The notes: generated by a model not told the origin, from the letters alone. DNA of 63,904 bases, filler included, from Circinaria calcarea (GCA_051942165.1; 12 parts of 12 records of this genome joined end to end with filler, not necessarily neighbours in it); one strand, 5' to 3'. Shown: positions 34,300 through 47,937, numbered from the whole stretch's first letter. A program made the numbers and translations.

Positions 34300-36596
34300 G
34301 GGCCAGAGGAGAGGGGAGAAGAGGAGCTGAAGTTCTTTATCGGGGTGCGTAATGCACCATGCAGATCGTGCGGGCTATCTGGATTCCGCCTTGCTGGCTG
34401 GATACCGGGTAGTGAGAAATGCGGTGTTGGGGGGTGGAATGCGAAAAGTGTGGGGTGTGAGTAGTCCGTATGTTTAAAAGGGTGTGCCTAGTCGAAAGCG
34501 TATAGAGGACGAGGGAGGTTAGTAAGAAGAGTCGATGGTGGAGGAAAGCATCATCGACGAGTAATTCTTGCATGCACGTTTAGTTCCGCTCGTGGGGGGG
34601 AGCTGGGTCGAAAAGCCTCGGCCGAATGCGGTTTGGCGAGTTCGCAGATCATTGGTTGCAATGGCGCGAGTTCGAACGTTTTGGTCCGCACTGCAAACGG
34701 AGCGTCTAAAAGGCTAAGGTACGCTTTACGGAGTACAGGTAATGGGGGAGAGAGAGAGATGTCCGGAATAGAGAATAGGGAATAGGGAATAGCGGGCTTG
34801 GGTCTTCCACGGCCGTGGTCATGGTGATGTCAGATACGAACTATCTATCATGAATTACAGTATCCAAGGACAATAGGGTCCATGCGTCCAATGACTATAA
34901 CAGATAGGTACCTTTACTCAGGCCGAAGGGGGGGTGGCTATCATGCAACACACAGTATCACCGCACAGTACCAGTACCAGTAAGCGCTGCATGCCCGAGC
35001 ACGAGAAACAAAAAAGCAAAACCGGGAAAAAGCCCTCCTCAGCTGAGACTGCAAGCGCCACCGAGTAACCATTCGCCATTTGCCCCCCTGAGGTGAGCAG
35101 TACGGAGGGGAGGGTGCAGAGGTCTCTACGGAGCAGATGCAGTGTGCGAACCCAATCACTGCTACTGCCGGCCTCCCACTTTGGGCACTTCAGCCCCGTG
35201 GCCGCTTACAAGCCCATCTGCACTCTGCACTCTGCATTCTGCACATATTGTCGAATCCTTGACGGAGTAGATACATGAGGACCTCCACTCCGTCAATGGG
35301 ATTCTTTCCATTTCGTGCAGTTCTTCAATAATCGCCATAGCCGTGGGAATCCCCCGCCATCCAACCGAGCGGCCTTTGGTGGGATCCCAGCTTCTGTTAC
35401 GGGCGTGATGGCCGACCGACCTTGGCTAATTCTCGCAATGTGTGACTGGGCACTACTCCCCGTTCGGTACCGACAGCAGGATTTATCTACGATTGAAGAG
35501 AGAGAGAGAGAGTCCAGGCTGGAATAAGGCGCTACTAGGACGACTAATGTGCTTGTCGCACTGATCACGAAGTTGGACTCCATTTCGGCAGTGGCCCCTA
35601 TCTCATCCAGCCTCGACGCCGCTCAGTCACCTTACCGGTTCTAAGGATGCCGGCCCAGAGCACCTCTTCTCACCGAGTGCCATTATCCAATCGCCGGTTA
35701 CGAGCCAAGGATCTGTATCTGTGGCGGTTGCCGCGTTCCCCTCTTTTGTTGTTGTCATGGCCATTTCGCGCTATTCGTGCTTCAACTGTTCTTCTCTCCC
35801 GAATTCGATGTGACGCTCAATCTACCCCGTGGGTCATTATCAAGCCGCTTCTCTAATCGGCCGATGTTTGTTCGTTGTGCTCCCGGAGGTCTCTGTCCCC
35901 TGTATGAAAATAAGCCAGCCTGGTTGCGAGACAATCCTCGTTGTCCCGATTGTGCGAGAGTTTTCTAGGGTCTCATCATACCCATTCGAACGAAAGATCT
36001 TAGTTCTACAATAATCAGCGAAGCCGAGCAACATCAACCTTTCTTACGGTTTTCGGTGGCATACTATGCTCGAATAAGACGATATGCGAACGGAGATATA
36101 CTTGATAACCCTTCACGCTACCTGGCATACAATCCAACATACTCCTTAAATAGGGGCGACACTGCAATGAGGCTGACGTGAACTGCAAACTACACTGTTA
36201 ATGGTCCCAGATGCTAACATGTATATGTCTCCAGCGGTTGACCATGCTTCTCACGTCTATGTGATTAGGCTGGAGTTGGAGCTGATGAAATTAGCCTTGA
36301 ATTTTGTACATTTAGTATCTAGGAGATAGATCTTAATTGACACTGTTAGCTGGGCAGGATGGTCTACACTCAGTACTTTCAAGATCATTGTAGAGTAGAC
36401 ATGTGCGAAATATGCCAACGCCTTGATAGTATACACCTGTACTATCTTGGAGGGACGGTTGAACAATGCTTAGCATCTTCCTCATCTGGACATATATCGA
36501 GTTTACCTTGACTAATGCCAACATTGAAGACTTACATCTACACTCATTATCCCTTCGTATATAGACTTCACAACATATCATTTGTTAGACTTAAGC

Positions 36597-37282
36597 ATGA
36601 CTAGGCAAACATCACTCCGCACTCAACCCTCGAAGCCTTCAATTCGCGCTGCACCCACCCAAGCCGAATCTCTGTCACCTGCTGAAATACCGACTACAGC
36701 AGCCTCCCAAATCAAAGCAGAGGCATACACCGACTCGTTCCTCTCCTTCATTTCCGAAAACCCCACCGTCTTCCACGCGGTAACCTATTTCTCCCGCCAA
36801 CTCGAGTCTCATGGCTTTACCAAACTTTCCGAGCGCGATCGATGGACAGATCAACTTTCAAGAGGCGGAAAATATTTTTACGAGCGGAATGGAAGCGGGT
36901 TGATTGCCTTTACCATTGGGCGTAATTACACGTCTGGAAACGGTGCTGCAATTGTCGCCAGCCATGTGGACGCTCTAACCACGAAGCTGAAGCCCATCTC
37001 GACGAAGCAGACCAAGCAAGGGTACGTTCAATTGGGCGTGGCACCATACGCTGGAGCTCTCAACCAGACATGGATCGATCGAGACCTAGGTGTCGGGGGA
37101 AGGGTGTTCGTCAAGGACAGCAAAGGGAAGATCGAGACAAGACTGGTGAAGCTAGGATGGCCGATTGCACGGATACCAAGCCTGGCACCGCATTTCGGTA
37201 TTGCAGCCGAGGGTCAGGCAAACAAGGAGACGAGGATGGTACCCATCATAGGTTTGGACAACTCAGACCTCGGTGAAAGCAA
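36597..37282 (+). CDS. APE1: Vacuolar aminopeptidase I (M18 family, Ape1/Lap4), 5' part
   Basis: ENPTVFHAV, RNGSGLIAF, ASHVDAL, GVAPYAGALN.TW.DRDLGVGGRV and IARIPSLAPHFG. Confidence 0.9.
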
Positions 37283-37382
37283 NNNNNNNNNNNNNNNNNN
37301 NNNNNNNNNNNNNNNNNNNNNNNNNNTTAATTAATTAANNNNNNNNNNNNNNNNNNNNNNNNNNNNNNNNNNNNNNNNNNNN

Positions 37383-38566
37383 GGTGGGGGTTGGGTGGAA
37401 ACGGGGGGAAGGAGAAGCTTACGCGACATTGGAGGACGCAGAGGCCGCGTTCGAAGATGTTCATGATGGGGTAGTTGACGCCTTTCCAGTAGTTGATGAC
37501 TTCGTCGTCGTGGATACCTGCGATGATATACGCTGGGCTGAAATCCTCTCTGTGGTCGGTAATCCGTTGTTTCTTAGCTTCGGCGTTGTACCAGCCGGCT
37601 TTTTGGCCGATTACTTCTTCGGCTTTCATAACTTGGCGGAGGAACTCAATGTGCCCAGATGAGAAGAGATCGAAACCGCCGTCAACATATACAATGCGTT
37701 GTCCTGGTTTCGGGCCCTTCCCTTCGACCATTCTGCTATATGTTCGGACCTCTTCTGTGGCGTGGTCTCCGTTTGTAGGCTTGGAAGTACTCCAGCTCCA
37801 GACCTCAGGTCCGGGTTTTAATCCAGTTTCATCCGTAGCGTAGTCGCGGATACGTTGCATCATTTCTATTCCAGCTTTCTTGCGTTCCTGTGCGCTCCCG
37901 AAGCCTTCATCCCCGGCAAGCATGCGTGTCAGTGATTTGATAAAGTGGGTTCTTGTACATAAAAGCATCCTGCCAACTAGATCGGTCGTCGATATCCCTG
38001 GAGTACGCTTGACTACCAGAAAGCGGCCGGCAGCTTTGACATATCTGTAGCAATCTTCACCACTACTGTCTGAGGTGATGTCGTCGCCATGCACCACATA
38101 ATAGCAGCCGTAGTGGGAGATCCATGGTAGAGACGTGACGTATGGCGCATAGGGAACGGACAGGGTAGACCATCTGCAGGCATCGACCGCAGAGACTCTG
38201 TCTATCCGATAAGAATGGACCATCACAATCCTCCGAAGGGAACCTTGCCCTACCGTTCCTTGAGTGTCATCACGGTTGGGCCTTTGTTTTCCATGATGGC
38301 TTCATCGGAGTGTATTCCTACCAGGAGCTCTTTTCCCAGCCTCCTTGCTTGCAGCATTGCACCGGCATGTCCTGGTAGCCAAGAATCAGCTGATGGACAG
38401 ATCTTCATGGTCGAACGGCGCCATCGAAGGGCCATGTACCATGGTGACTGAAGTCGAAACAGCCATCAATCCATATCCGATCTTTAGATACTGGTACATC
38501 CATTTGTGGGTCCACCGGCCATGCTCCTGGGCCGGGTACCTCTGTGTTTTCTATTGCTGATGCCAT
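37383..38566 (-). CDS. ECT1: Ethanolamine-phosphate cytidylyltransferase, 3'-truncated
   Basis: RIWIDGCFDFSHH-GHAGAMLQAR, KRTPGISTTDLVGRML and a second domain YVDGGFDLFSSGHIEFL...NYPIMNIFERGLCVLQC. Confidence 0.93.
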
Positions 38567-39158
38567 TGATCATGCGCGATTCCTCAAAAGATATTTACTA
38601 CTGAAGAAATGTGACAATTTAAAGTAGCTAGAATCTCCCTTCAAGTCCAAAAGGGTGTAACTGGTCGAGAAGCAGAGTGACTGGCAATTCCTTTCAGTTT
38701 ACTTTGAACATTGGATACGCCTTTGGGCCGTGGTTCAATGTCGTAGGCGTGTATAAATTGTGTGATTGCTGTTAAAATAAGAGTAGCTTCTGTTTGCTCC
38801 ACTAACGCTTGGGACAATCTATTAGACGCCCTATCGCACGCTATTGCTAAAAGCGTTAGGGGATCTTACTGTATGGCTAACTGACCTTGGACATTCATCC
38901 GGAGACTATCCAACGTCCATCCCACACCAATAAAGCGCGCCGGCTGAGAATAGAAGCAGACACGTTTGGTTGGCTTTGAGCAACTGTGCCGGGCGGGCCA
39001 AAGCTTTGGTAAAGTGGTCTCGAAAGTGGAAAGGCTGAATCCCTTCCCTACTGTAGATCAGAGGCTAGATTCTTAGCTTGCTAACCCCGCCCCTTTTGGA
39101 ACTGCCACGACCAGATATCAGTTCTGATAGCAAAAGGAAAGTCTCTTCTTCGCTGCCT

Positions 39159-40328
39159 ATGGAAACACCCCCTTTCTTTCAGCAACCCCAGAAGTTGGCG
39201 CCAGTGTGGCACTTCCCCTGAATCTTCTCCGATAACCCACCTCATCCGAAACCCAATCTCGATACTTACACCAGTGTGGGAATTATGACCGCCATACCTC
39301 CCAGTAATGGTACGAGGAAAGAGACAGATCAGAGAACCCCCCTGAATGTGTCGGACGCACTTATGGATTATGGATATGGCGTTAATAATGTGGGGAATGC
39401 AGGTCCGATCTCTGCTTTCACCGGTCCGCCGCAGAATCCGACTACCATCTATCAGCATATCCAAGAAATGTCCGCCAAACGGATCTCAACACTGGACTAT
39501 CTGAGGAAAGCGTGAGTACGATCTTTCCTTCTTCAGGTTTGCCTGCTAGCACGGATGGCTTCTAAAACTCTCCGTAGGCACGAGGGGAGAGTGTATTGGT
39601 ACAACACTCTGCTCTTCAGTAAAGCGGATATATCGAGACTACCTAGTTTTGATGCAAAGAAACTGGCACGGCGAGCCACCAATTATCTGCTACTCGGTCT
39701 ATCTCTGCCAACCATCCTTGACCTGAACACCACCAACCCAGTCGAGTATCTCCGTGCCTTGAATGCGTTACTAGCTGAATTCGAAGCATACCAGCAAATC
39801 CATCCATCCGACGGTTCGGGCTCCTCCTCTTTGTCTCGAACGAGGATACCACAGATGTTCAAGCGAGCAGCACATGGTGCCGGAGCGAGAAATCGTCGAA
39901 CCAGCTCCTCTGCTGATATTGGACTTCCCATGAGTACCAGTGATCCCACAGATCTCAAGTCGATGACGGGTAGTTTTGTAACCACGGGATCCAACACTGT
40001 GTCGTTTGCCGCAAGCGAGCAAGAGCTTCTCCCCGGTGAAGAGTATGTCCATCTTTTGACACCTTCATTACCCTTTGACCCTGATTTCTATGAAACTTTT
40101 GCCACCCTATGTGATGTTCTCATTGACTGCTATACTCGAATCACGAGCCTAGTTTCTTCGCTCTCGATGTGTACCAATGGTATTGGGGAGTTGTTTGCCA
40201 AAGCAGATGCGAGACTCCGAAAGGTCATCATATCAGGCATCGTGAAGGAGTTTGAGGATGCAGGCCGCAGTGGAGTAAAGAGTGAAGTTGCCGGGATCGG
40301 TCAGGTAGTCCTGGGAGGATTGCTGTGA
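39159..40328 (+). CDS. Fungal hypothetical protein (5' end uncertain)
   Basis: IYQHIQEMSAKRISTLDYLRKA-HEGRVYWYNT joined across intron 39512-39577. Also EEYVHLLTPSLPFDPDFYETFATLCDVLIDCY. Confidence 0.82.
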
Positions 40329-40834
40329 CATACTTAGACCGAGCCCTATCGCTTAAGACAAGCTCTTTGTTGTGACCATAATTACCGAAACTCGATTCGC
40401 ACAATGTCCGTTCGCCCTCGTTACCTTTGTCAAAAACAACCACCTTGGTCCCATGAGGAAGAGCAAAGCTGTAAGATCAGTGAGACATTGTCAAGCATCA
40501 TCGATACACGGAAGGACGACTGTCTAAGCCTGCCTTGTCCGCACCTTGCTCCTGTCCACCTAGTTATCACCTCCTTTCGTTTACCATTAGGTATCCTGCA
40601 CCCACCGCTCACCTAGGCATTCTTTCTCCTTGGGTCCGCCTAAACATCCTTTCTTTTGTTGTCTATATGAGAGTTTGTGGTCAATCTCCCCTTCGTCCAG
40701 ACATTGTGGTCTTCTATTCATCCAGAGAGCAAGCTTTCGTCCTCCACTAGGGAAATTTGGCGGTCCTCTTCATCTAGACGTTCCATTCAGGGAGCACACG
40801 GTCTTTGCACGTCTTTAGAGCTTAAACGTTGAAA

Positions 40835-41516
40835 ATGAATGTGGGTGAATGCATAAAGCCAGAAATCCTGCAGGTCGGCTAACACAGGAATACAGATTGT
40901 GCCAAAACAGCAGACGGCAGCCTCCCTTGTCTCTCTCCCATCCGAAATCCTCAACGAGATCACTGCTCAGCTAAGCTATGTAGACTATGTCGAATTGTCT
41001 CACACGTGTAAGAAGTTGTGGCTCGGTATGAAAAGCAAAGCACCACCCGACAAAGACACGTGGTACGCGGTCAACAGCTCCGGACATCGTCTTTTCGGGC
41101 GGCAATCCATCATCTGCTTCGACGAGAGATGCTGGTATTTCTTGTGCCCTGGCTGTTCCGAGTTTGTGGGAATGTCATGTTTTTTTGACACCGACAATCC
41201 GGATTCCTATCTGCTATGTGGCAATCCTGAGGATACCATCGGGAGGGTGCATTCGTTCAATCACTTGAACTTAAGATATGACTTGGTTCAGATTGTGTTC
41301 TATTGTTACCACCATGAACACTCTAAAAATGTTGGGTGGTCGTGTATTTGCCGTCAATGTCAGTGGCGGCTCTCTGGACGCAAGAAACCTGTTCGGAGCT
41401 TAAGGGAAGACATTGCCAGGTTTAGGGTAAAGGCTGTTAAGCGCCTCAAGCGATTCTGGCGTGTGCTTATTCAGGGACCGACTGGAACAGCAGATTATAG
41501 GACCATGATGGTCTGA
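40835..41516 (+). CDS. F-box protein with a Cys/His-rich C-terminus, 2 exons
   Basis: ATG 40835 and intron 40845-40887 (GTGAAT..GCTAAC..CAG) run in frame into SLVSLPSEILNEITAQLSYVDYVELSHTCKKL, which fits the F-box consensus. Confidence 0.7.
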
Positions 41517-42019
41517 TGGTGGATATGGGATCTTTGTACGATAGTCGTTGAAATGACACGCTCCGCAGCACATTGCATTGCCGGAATCTGCAATATCCCT
41601 GTGAATAGCTCCCCCATAACTATTCGCCTGCTTTCTATTCTCCACTGAGTGTCAAAACGCAACTTATCACACCCGGCTTTTTTGGGAACTGTCCATCGAT
41701 TTTGCTGGTAAACATAATTTATATACCGGAATTGATTCCTGGAACCTGTCGTGACTCATAGCTGCAGTGGGGTACCTCCTCTTGACTGCTACAAATATAA
41801 GTGATCTTATTTACCTTGACATTTCCTCACATTTGGTCACTACTCACTTTTATCTCTCAAAATTTGTGCCGAGCCGAAATCGAGAAACGTATCGGCTCTT
41901 CTTCAGATCACGTCTGTTATTATTGCAAACCATCGACACCAGCAATATTACCGCGGTATTGCAACACATTTATTCCGACGTCTATCCTTGGTTTCTTCTT
42001 CGAGTGGTACCTGCATATC

Positions 42020-42610
42020 ATGGATCACTCGGAAACGAACTCCTCACCGGCACCGCACCTCCTCACCCTTCCCCCCGAACTCCGCCTTCAAATCTGGTCC
42101 GCCGTCCTAACGCTCTCATTCCAGCCTGTCCGCCTCACCAACACGCCCAAATCTTCCCCAGCGGCCCCACACTCCTGCCTCTCACTCCTCCTGGTAAGCC
42201 GCCTTGTCTACATGGAAGCTACACCCCTCTTCTACAGCTGCAACCATCTTTATCTCGAGCCCGGCAAACGCAACTCCTGTGCCTGCGGTGGCCGGGTCAA
42301 TCTGGCTCCGACGCTGCAAGATGCCCATCCATACGCTCACATGGCCGACTCCTTGGATGCTTGCGGCTTCGGATTCAAATGCAAGTTCACCGAACCTATC
42401 CAACCTCTCCTCGCCTTCCTCACCTCTCTTTTCCCCGTCCGCCTCTCCTCCATCCGGACCCTAACGCTCGAAATCGACCCTTCCACCAGACGCACCCGCC
42501 CCAGCCTCCCCTGCACATTCCGCAAGCTCGTCACCCACTGCCCCCACCTGCGCGCCTTCTACCTCGTGCTCGAGGCAATACGCCCAGGGGTGGACTGCGG
42601 GAGGGTAAAA
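42020..42610 (+). CDS. F-box-like (LPPELRxxI) fungal protein, 3'-truncated
   Basis: HLLTLPPELRLQIWSAVL ... LSLLLVSRLVYMEATPLFYSCN is the signature of this expanded ascomycete family. Confidence 0.7.
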
Positions 42611-42719
42611 NNNNNNNNNNNNNNNNNNNNNNNNNNNNNNNNNNNNNNNNNNNNTTAATTAATTAANNNNNNNNNNNNNNNNNNNNNNNNNNNNNNNNNN
42701 NNNNNNNNNNTCGGAGTCG

Positions 42720-45700
42720 ATGTCTTACAATGACTGTTCTCGATGTTTTGAGCCGATTGCCATTGTTGGGATGGGTAGATATTCCTCGTCTTTAATTGCT
42801 TTTCCTGTTACTAAGCCCAAATATCAGGATGCCGCTTGCCAGGTGGCGCATCCAGTACCTCCAGATTGTGGGACCTCTTAACCAGTGGCCGCTCAGGTCA
42901 GTGCGAAATACCAGACTCACGCTTTAATGTCGAAGGCTTCTTTCATCAGAACGCCGACCATCCTGGAAGTGTGAACGGAACCGGTGGATACTTTATTCAG
43001 GACGATATACGATTGTTCGAAAACACCTTCTTCGGTATCAACAATCTGGAAGCCAAGTATATGGACCCGCAGCAACGCCAGTTATTGGAGGTAGTCTTTG
43101 AGTGCTTTGAAAGTGCCGGTGCCACACTCGCCAATATTTCAGACTCGGCCACTGGCTGCTATGTCGCAAACTTTACTACTGATTATGTGACAATGCAAGC
43201 AAAAGATCCAGATTCCTATCATCGATACAGCGCTACCGGGTTTGGGCCTACGATACTGGCTAATCGTATTAGCCATGTCTTCAATCTCAAAGGCCCAAGC
43301 GTTGTACTTGACACGGCGTGCTCTTCTTCCCTCTATGCTTTACATGTCGCCTGTATGGCGTTGAACGCAGGCGAATGCGATGCTGCTATCGTCGCCGGAG
43401 CCAACCTCATCCAATCACCTGAGATGCACCTCGCTATGGTCAAGGCCGGTGTTCTATCGGGTACATCGACTTCCCACACCTTCGACGCCTCTGCCGATGG
43501 ATACGGAAGAGGCGAGGGCGTGGGCGCTTTGTATTTGAAGCGCTTGCGTAGTGCAATCAAGGACAGAGATCCCATTCGTTCCGTCGTATGTGGCACGGCT
43601 GTGAATAGGTCAGTGCTCTTCTTCAAAACAGGATGAGACTACTATTACGCCAGGACTAACTCTAGCATGCCATAACAGCAACGGACATACACCTGGAATT
43701 ACGTTCCCGAGTGTGGCTGGGCAAGAAGCAGTCATCCAAAAGGCATACGCAATGGCGGGATTAGCAACGGATGAAACAACCTATATCGAGGTAGGTCCAT
43801 AGCATCATTCATCGATAGTCTTACCCGGACTTACTTAGTGCTCGCTACCTTACAGGCTCATGGAACTGGAACTCCGCTCGGCGATCCGACTGAAATAGAG
43901 GCATTGTCGCGTGTCCTCCGCCTCAAGTCAGGCAGACCCACTTTAATAGGCTCCGTAAAAACGAATCTGGGCCATAGCGAAGCAGTCAGTGGTATTTCTA
44001 GCGTCATCAAAGTCTCCCTGGCCCTAGAGAATGGTCTTCTCCCTGCCACCATTGGGATCAAAAACATAAATCCCGAACTCAAAGTCGCTGAACGCAATAT
44101 CGAAGTCGTCACTGAACTGCGGCCATGGCCAGAGGGAACACTTGCTAGGGCCAGCGTCAACTCGTTTGGTTATGGAGGCGCTAACGCGCACGTTATTATT
44201 GAATCCGCCAAATACCATGTTCCTAAAGACTATGACATTGTTCCCACAGGCGAGCCTCATCATACTTTCATCCTTCCATTCTCTGCTTACAGCTCACCAT
44301 CCCTTATGAACAATATGAAAGCTATTTCATCTTCTGGATTTGCTCAAACCAACCTCTCGGATCTTGCGTTTACTCTTGGATGTCGTCGATCGTGCTTGCC
44401 TGTACGAGGATATTTACTTGCTAACGGACATAGCTTAGATATAGATTTGCTCCCAAGCAACTTTCGAACTCCTGAATCCGTTGCTTCGTCTCGACCTTTT
44501 GCTTTCGTATTTACCGGTCAAGGAGCACAGTGGCCTACCATGGGCCGTGAGCTTCTTGATCGATTCTGGATTTACCGCAAGACGATTCGGGACCTAGACT
44601 CCTGTCTTGCACGGCTGCCTCATCCACCCTCTTGGAATCTTGAAGGTAAGCTAAGTATCGGGAATCTAATGATTTTGCTTATGAAATCGTGCAAGGGGTT
44701 ATCCAGGAATCGGCACAAACTAGTGAAATACATAAAGCAGCATATTCTCAGCCTGTCTGTACGGCTACTCAAATAGCACTGGTTAGACTCCTTAGGGAAT
44801 GGAATGTCACACCAACAGCGGTTATTGGACACTCTTCTGGTATGTTGAAAGTCATGTCAAGGTCCATTAACTGACCCTATTTGAAGGCGAAATAGCCGCT
44901 GCGTTTGCGGCTGGACATTTGACTGCAGATGAGGCCATAACTATTGCGTATTACCGGGGCCTTACTGTCTCAGAAGTATGTAGAAACGGGTCAATGTTGG
45001 CTACAGGTCTGGATCATAAGATGGCGGCAGTAATGATCTCGGACCTAGCGCTACAGGATAAGGCTTGTGTGGCTTGTGTTAATTCCCCTGAAAGCACCAC
45101 AATTAGTGGGGATTCCGAAGCAATTGAGGAACTCCTCCCCATCCTCCAAGAGCGGGGAATCTTTGCACGGAAGCTTAAAACGGATGATAAAGCTTACCAC
45201 TCACACCACATGAAATTCGTTGGTCAACGATATGAAGATCTTCTATCCCTGGTCTGCTCAACAAAACCTTCTAACTATACTAACTTCAAATCTACGTCTG
45301 ATCACCCTGATAATAAAGATATACACATGTTTTCTTCGGTGTCGGGAAATCCTATTGGCAAGGATATTGTCACTTCGACCGGGTATTGGCGTGCTAATCT
45401 CGAATTACCTGTGCTGTTCAGTGATGCTCTCGAGAAGCTATTACGTAGTGATCTATACCATATAATCGAGATCGGACCGCATCCCGCGTTGGGACAGCCG
45501 ATACGCGAGATACAGAAAAGACTCCAACTTCATGAGGACAGAATCAATTACTCCTCAACTCTTTCTCGAGGGAAGAACGCTGAGACTTCCATGCTTGATT
45601 TGGCTGGAAAGCTATGGTCGTGCGGAAATACAGTTTTATTCGACAAAATCAACAATCAGTCTTCGGTCCGGTCAACTTCTACAACACCAACAATAGCGGG

Positions 45701-47937
45701 CCAAGTCCTACACAGTCTTCCAAGCTATAATTGGCATTATGACGCCCCATTGTGGAACGAGTCCCGCGTGAGCTCAGACTTTCGCAAGCGCAAGTATAAG
45801 CATCATGATCTCCTTGGTTCTAGGGTCCCCGGAAGCCCTGGCAAATCAGCTTTGTGGAGAAACCTTTTAAAGGTCAAGAGAGTATCATGGCTCCAAGACC
45901 ATAAATTGGGTCAAACAACCGTGTTTCCTGGAGCAGGCTATCTCGCAATGGCAATTGAGGGGCTGTATCAGGTGGAAGAATTAGATCATTCTGCGCCCTT
46001 ATCTATTACGCTCCACCAAGTTCACCTTAGTAATATCCTCATCCTGCCAGACGATAGCAACGGAATTGAAGTCTTTCTGCAAATAGAGCCGGTCAAAATC
46101 TCCAGTATTACTTCCTCCATTCTCTGGTGGCGATTCGAAATTACTTCGAATTTTGCAGGCACAGCAACTACACATGCAAACGGGCTGATCGCAGTGGATC
46201 GTATACTAACAGGTATCAAGCAAGAGCTATACATTGATGAAGATACTATGCAGAAGCAGTCCACTCGAACTTGGTATGACAAGCTGGCAAAGGAAGGGCT
46301 GTACTTCGGACCTGCATTTCGATCCATGAGTGAGATCCATACCCATCGGGGAAAGACAGTGTCTTGTGCCATTTCAAAGACATTCCTACAACGAGGAGGT
46401 GGCCTCGGTCACGACCAACAGTCTGAGTATGCTATACATCCTATCACCATCGACTCACTATTGCAGACTGCGATTATTGCCTCTGCTAGTGGTACGGTTT
46501 CGAACCTACAGGGCAACGTTCCTGTATCGATAGATCGTCTGGTTATAGTAACTCAAACTTTCCCCGATGTCGCAAACCTCTGTACAGTTCGTGCTACTTC
46601 TAAGAAGGTAGGATTTGGGACGGTCATGCTGAAAGCAGAGTTGGAAGATACCAAGGGACATATCCTTGCCAAAATAGATGGAGTTCGAGCTATTTCTTAC
46701 ATGGAGACTTTGCCGCCGTCCAATACTAACGCAGAGCGTAACCCTGCTCTTAGAATTTTTTGGAAGCCAGATATTTCAATGTTCTCCATGAATCGTATTC
46801 AGGGGCTTACAAGCTATATAGAACGCTTTGCCTCCTTGCTTTCAAAAAAGTTCGTCAACTCTGAGGTCGGATGTTTTGCCGCAGCGTTGGATCTTATCAC
46901 GCACCAAAACCCGAGACTGCAGATTCTCGAACTTGATATTGATGGTAAAGGTCAATTAGGAGACCTCTTGGACCAAGTTGGTATTGGTTTATCACCAAGG
47001 CGCTTCGAATCATACACGAAAGCAGTGATGATGGAGGATGGAGGGCTTCTGGGTTATAAATTTCCTACCAACGCAAAGCTAGCGATAAAGGCTTTGGAGC
47101 CCAGTAGAATCAAACAAGGATTTACCTTTGATGCTGTGATTATACCACCGGTAAGCTTTATTTCGCCTGTGCTCGAATCACATATTGCTAAAAATATTTA
47201 TAGACGACAAGCACGAGCGAGCTTCCAAATATAAATATAGTACATTTATCGAAACATCTCGCACCAAACGCTCTGCTGCTTTTCACAACGAACCTCCAAG
47301 CTGCAATATCACCCGATATAAAAAGGTTCCGAGTATTGTCTACACATCCAAAGAACTCCACAACTGCGATCACTATTGCCCAGCCTTTCGATGGAAAACG
47401 GCAAAGTCTAAATACAAAAGGCTCTAAGGTTATACTTGTAAGTATAACTTTAATATATAATCGGCTATTTTTGGGAGAAGTTTAAGTAAATATTCTAATG
47501 CTGGGTTAACTAAGGTCGATACCAACGAAACGCATAGTTTTAATAAGGTCTTACAGACTACTTTGTCTAAAGCATGTGGTTACGATATTGAGCATTATTC
47601 CCTAATGGAGGTCTCCTCAAACAAAATAACCCCGCAAGCAATCATTATCACGACTATCGAGCTTGAAAGACCTATATTGGCAATCATGACAGATCATGAG
47701 CTACACTCGATTAAAACGATGGTAGAGAATGCTTCGATATTGCTTTGGATCACCGGTGGGGGATTGTTCAAGGCTAGCCGCCCAATGTTTTCCCTGATAC
47801 TAGGACTTGCCAGATCCTTGATGCTCGAACGACCTTCGTTAAAGTTGCCTGTATTGGATCTTGATAACATCAGCAATGATTTTGCTATTTCCAGCGAGAA
47901 CGTAATATCCGTGCTACGTCAGGCCATCTATCGAACG
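42720..47937 (+). CDS. Highly reducing iterative type I PKS (KS-AT-DH-degenerate MT region), 3'-truncated, ~7 introns
   Basis: [29 protein letters not shown] and NLGHSE; AT GQGAQW, GHSSG and [28 protein letters not shown] structural subdomain LLWITGG...GLARSLMLE at the end. Confidence 0.95.

Noticed and set aside
41767..42666. 299-aa Pro-rich ORF overlapping the F-box-like gene
   Set aside because: It is an alternative frame of a C-rich CDS. The other frame carries the family motifs.
47150..47560. Possible frameshift or pseudogenisation of the PKS where the ORF track breaks
   Set aside because: Two introns (GTAAGC at 47151 and GTAAGT at ~47438) restore a continuous frame.
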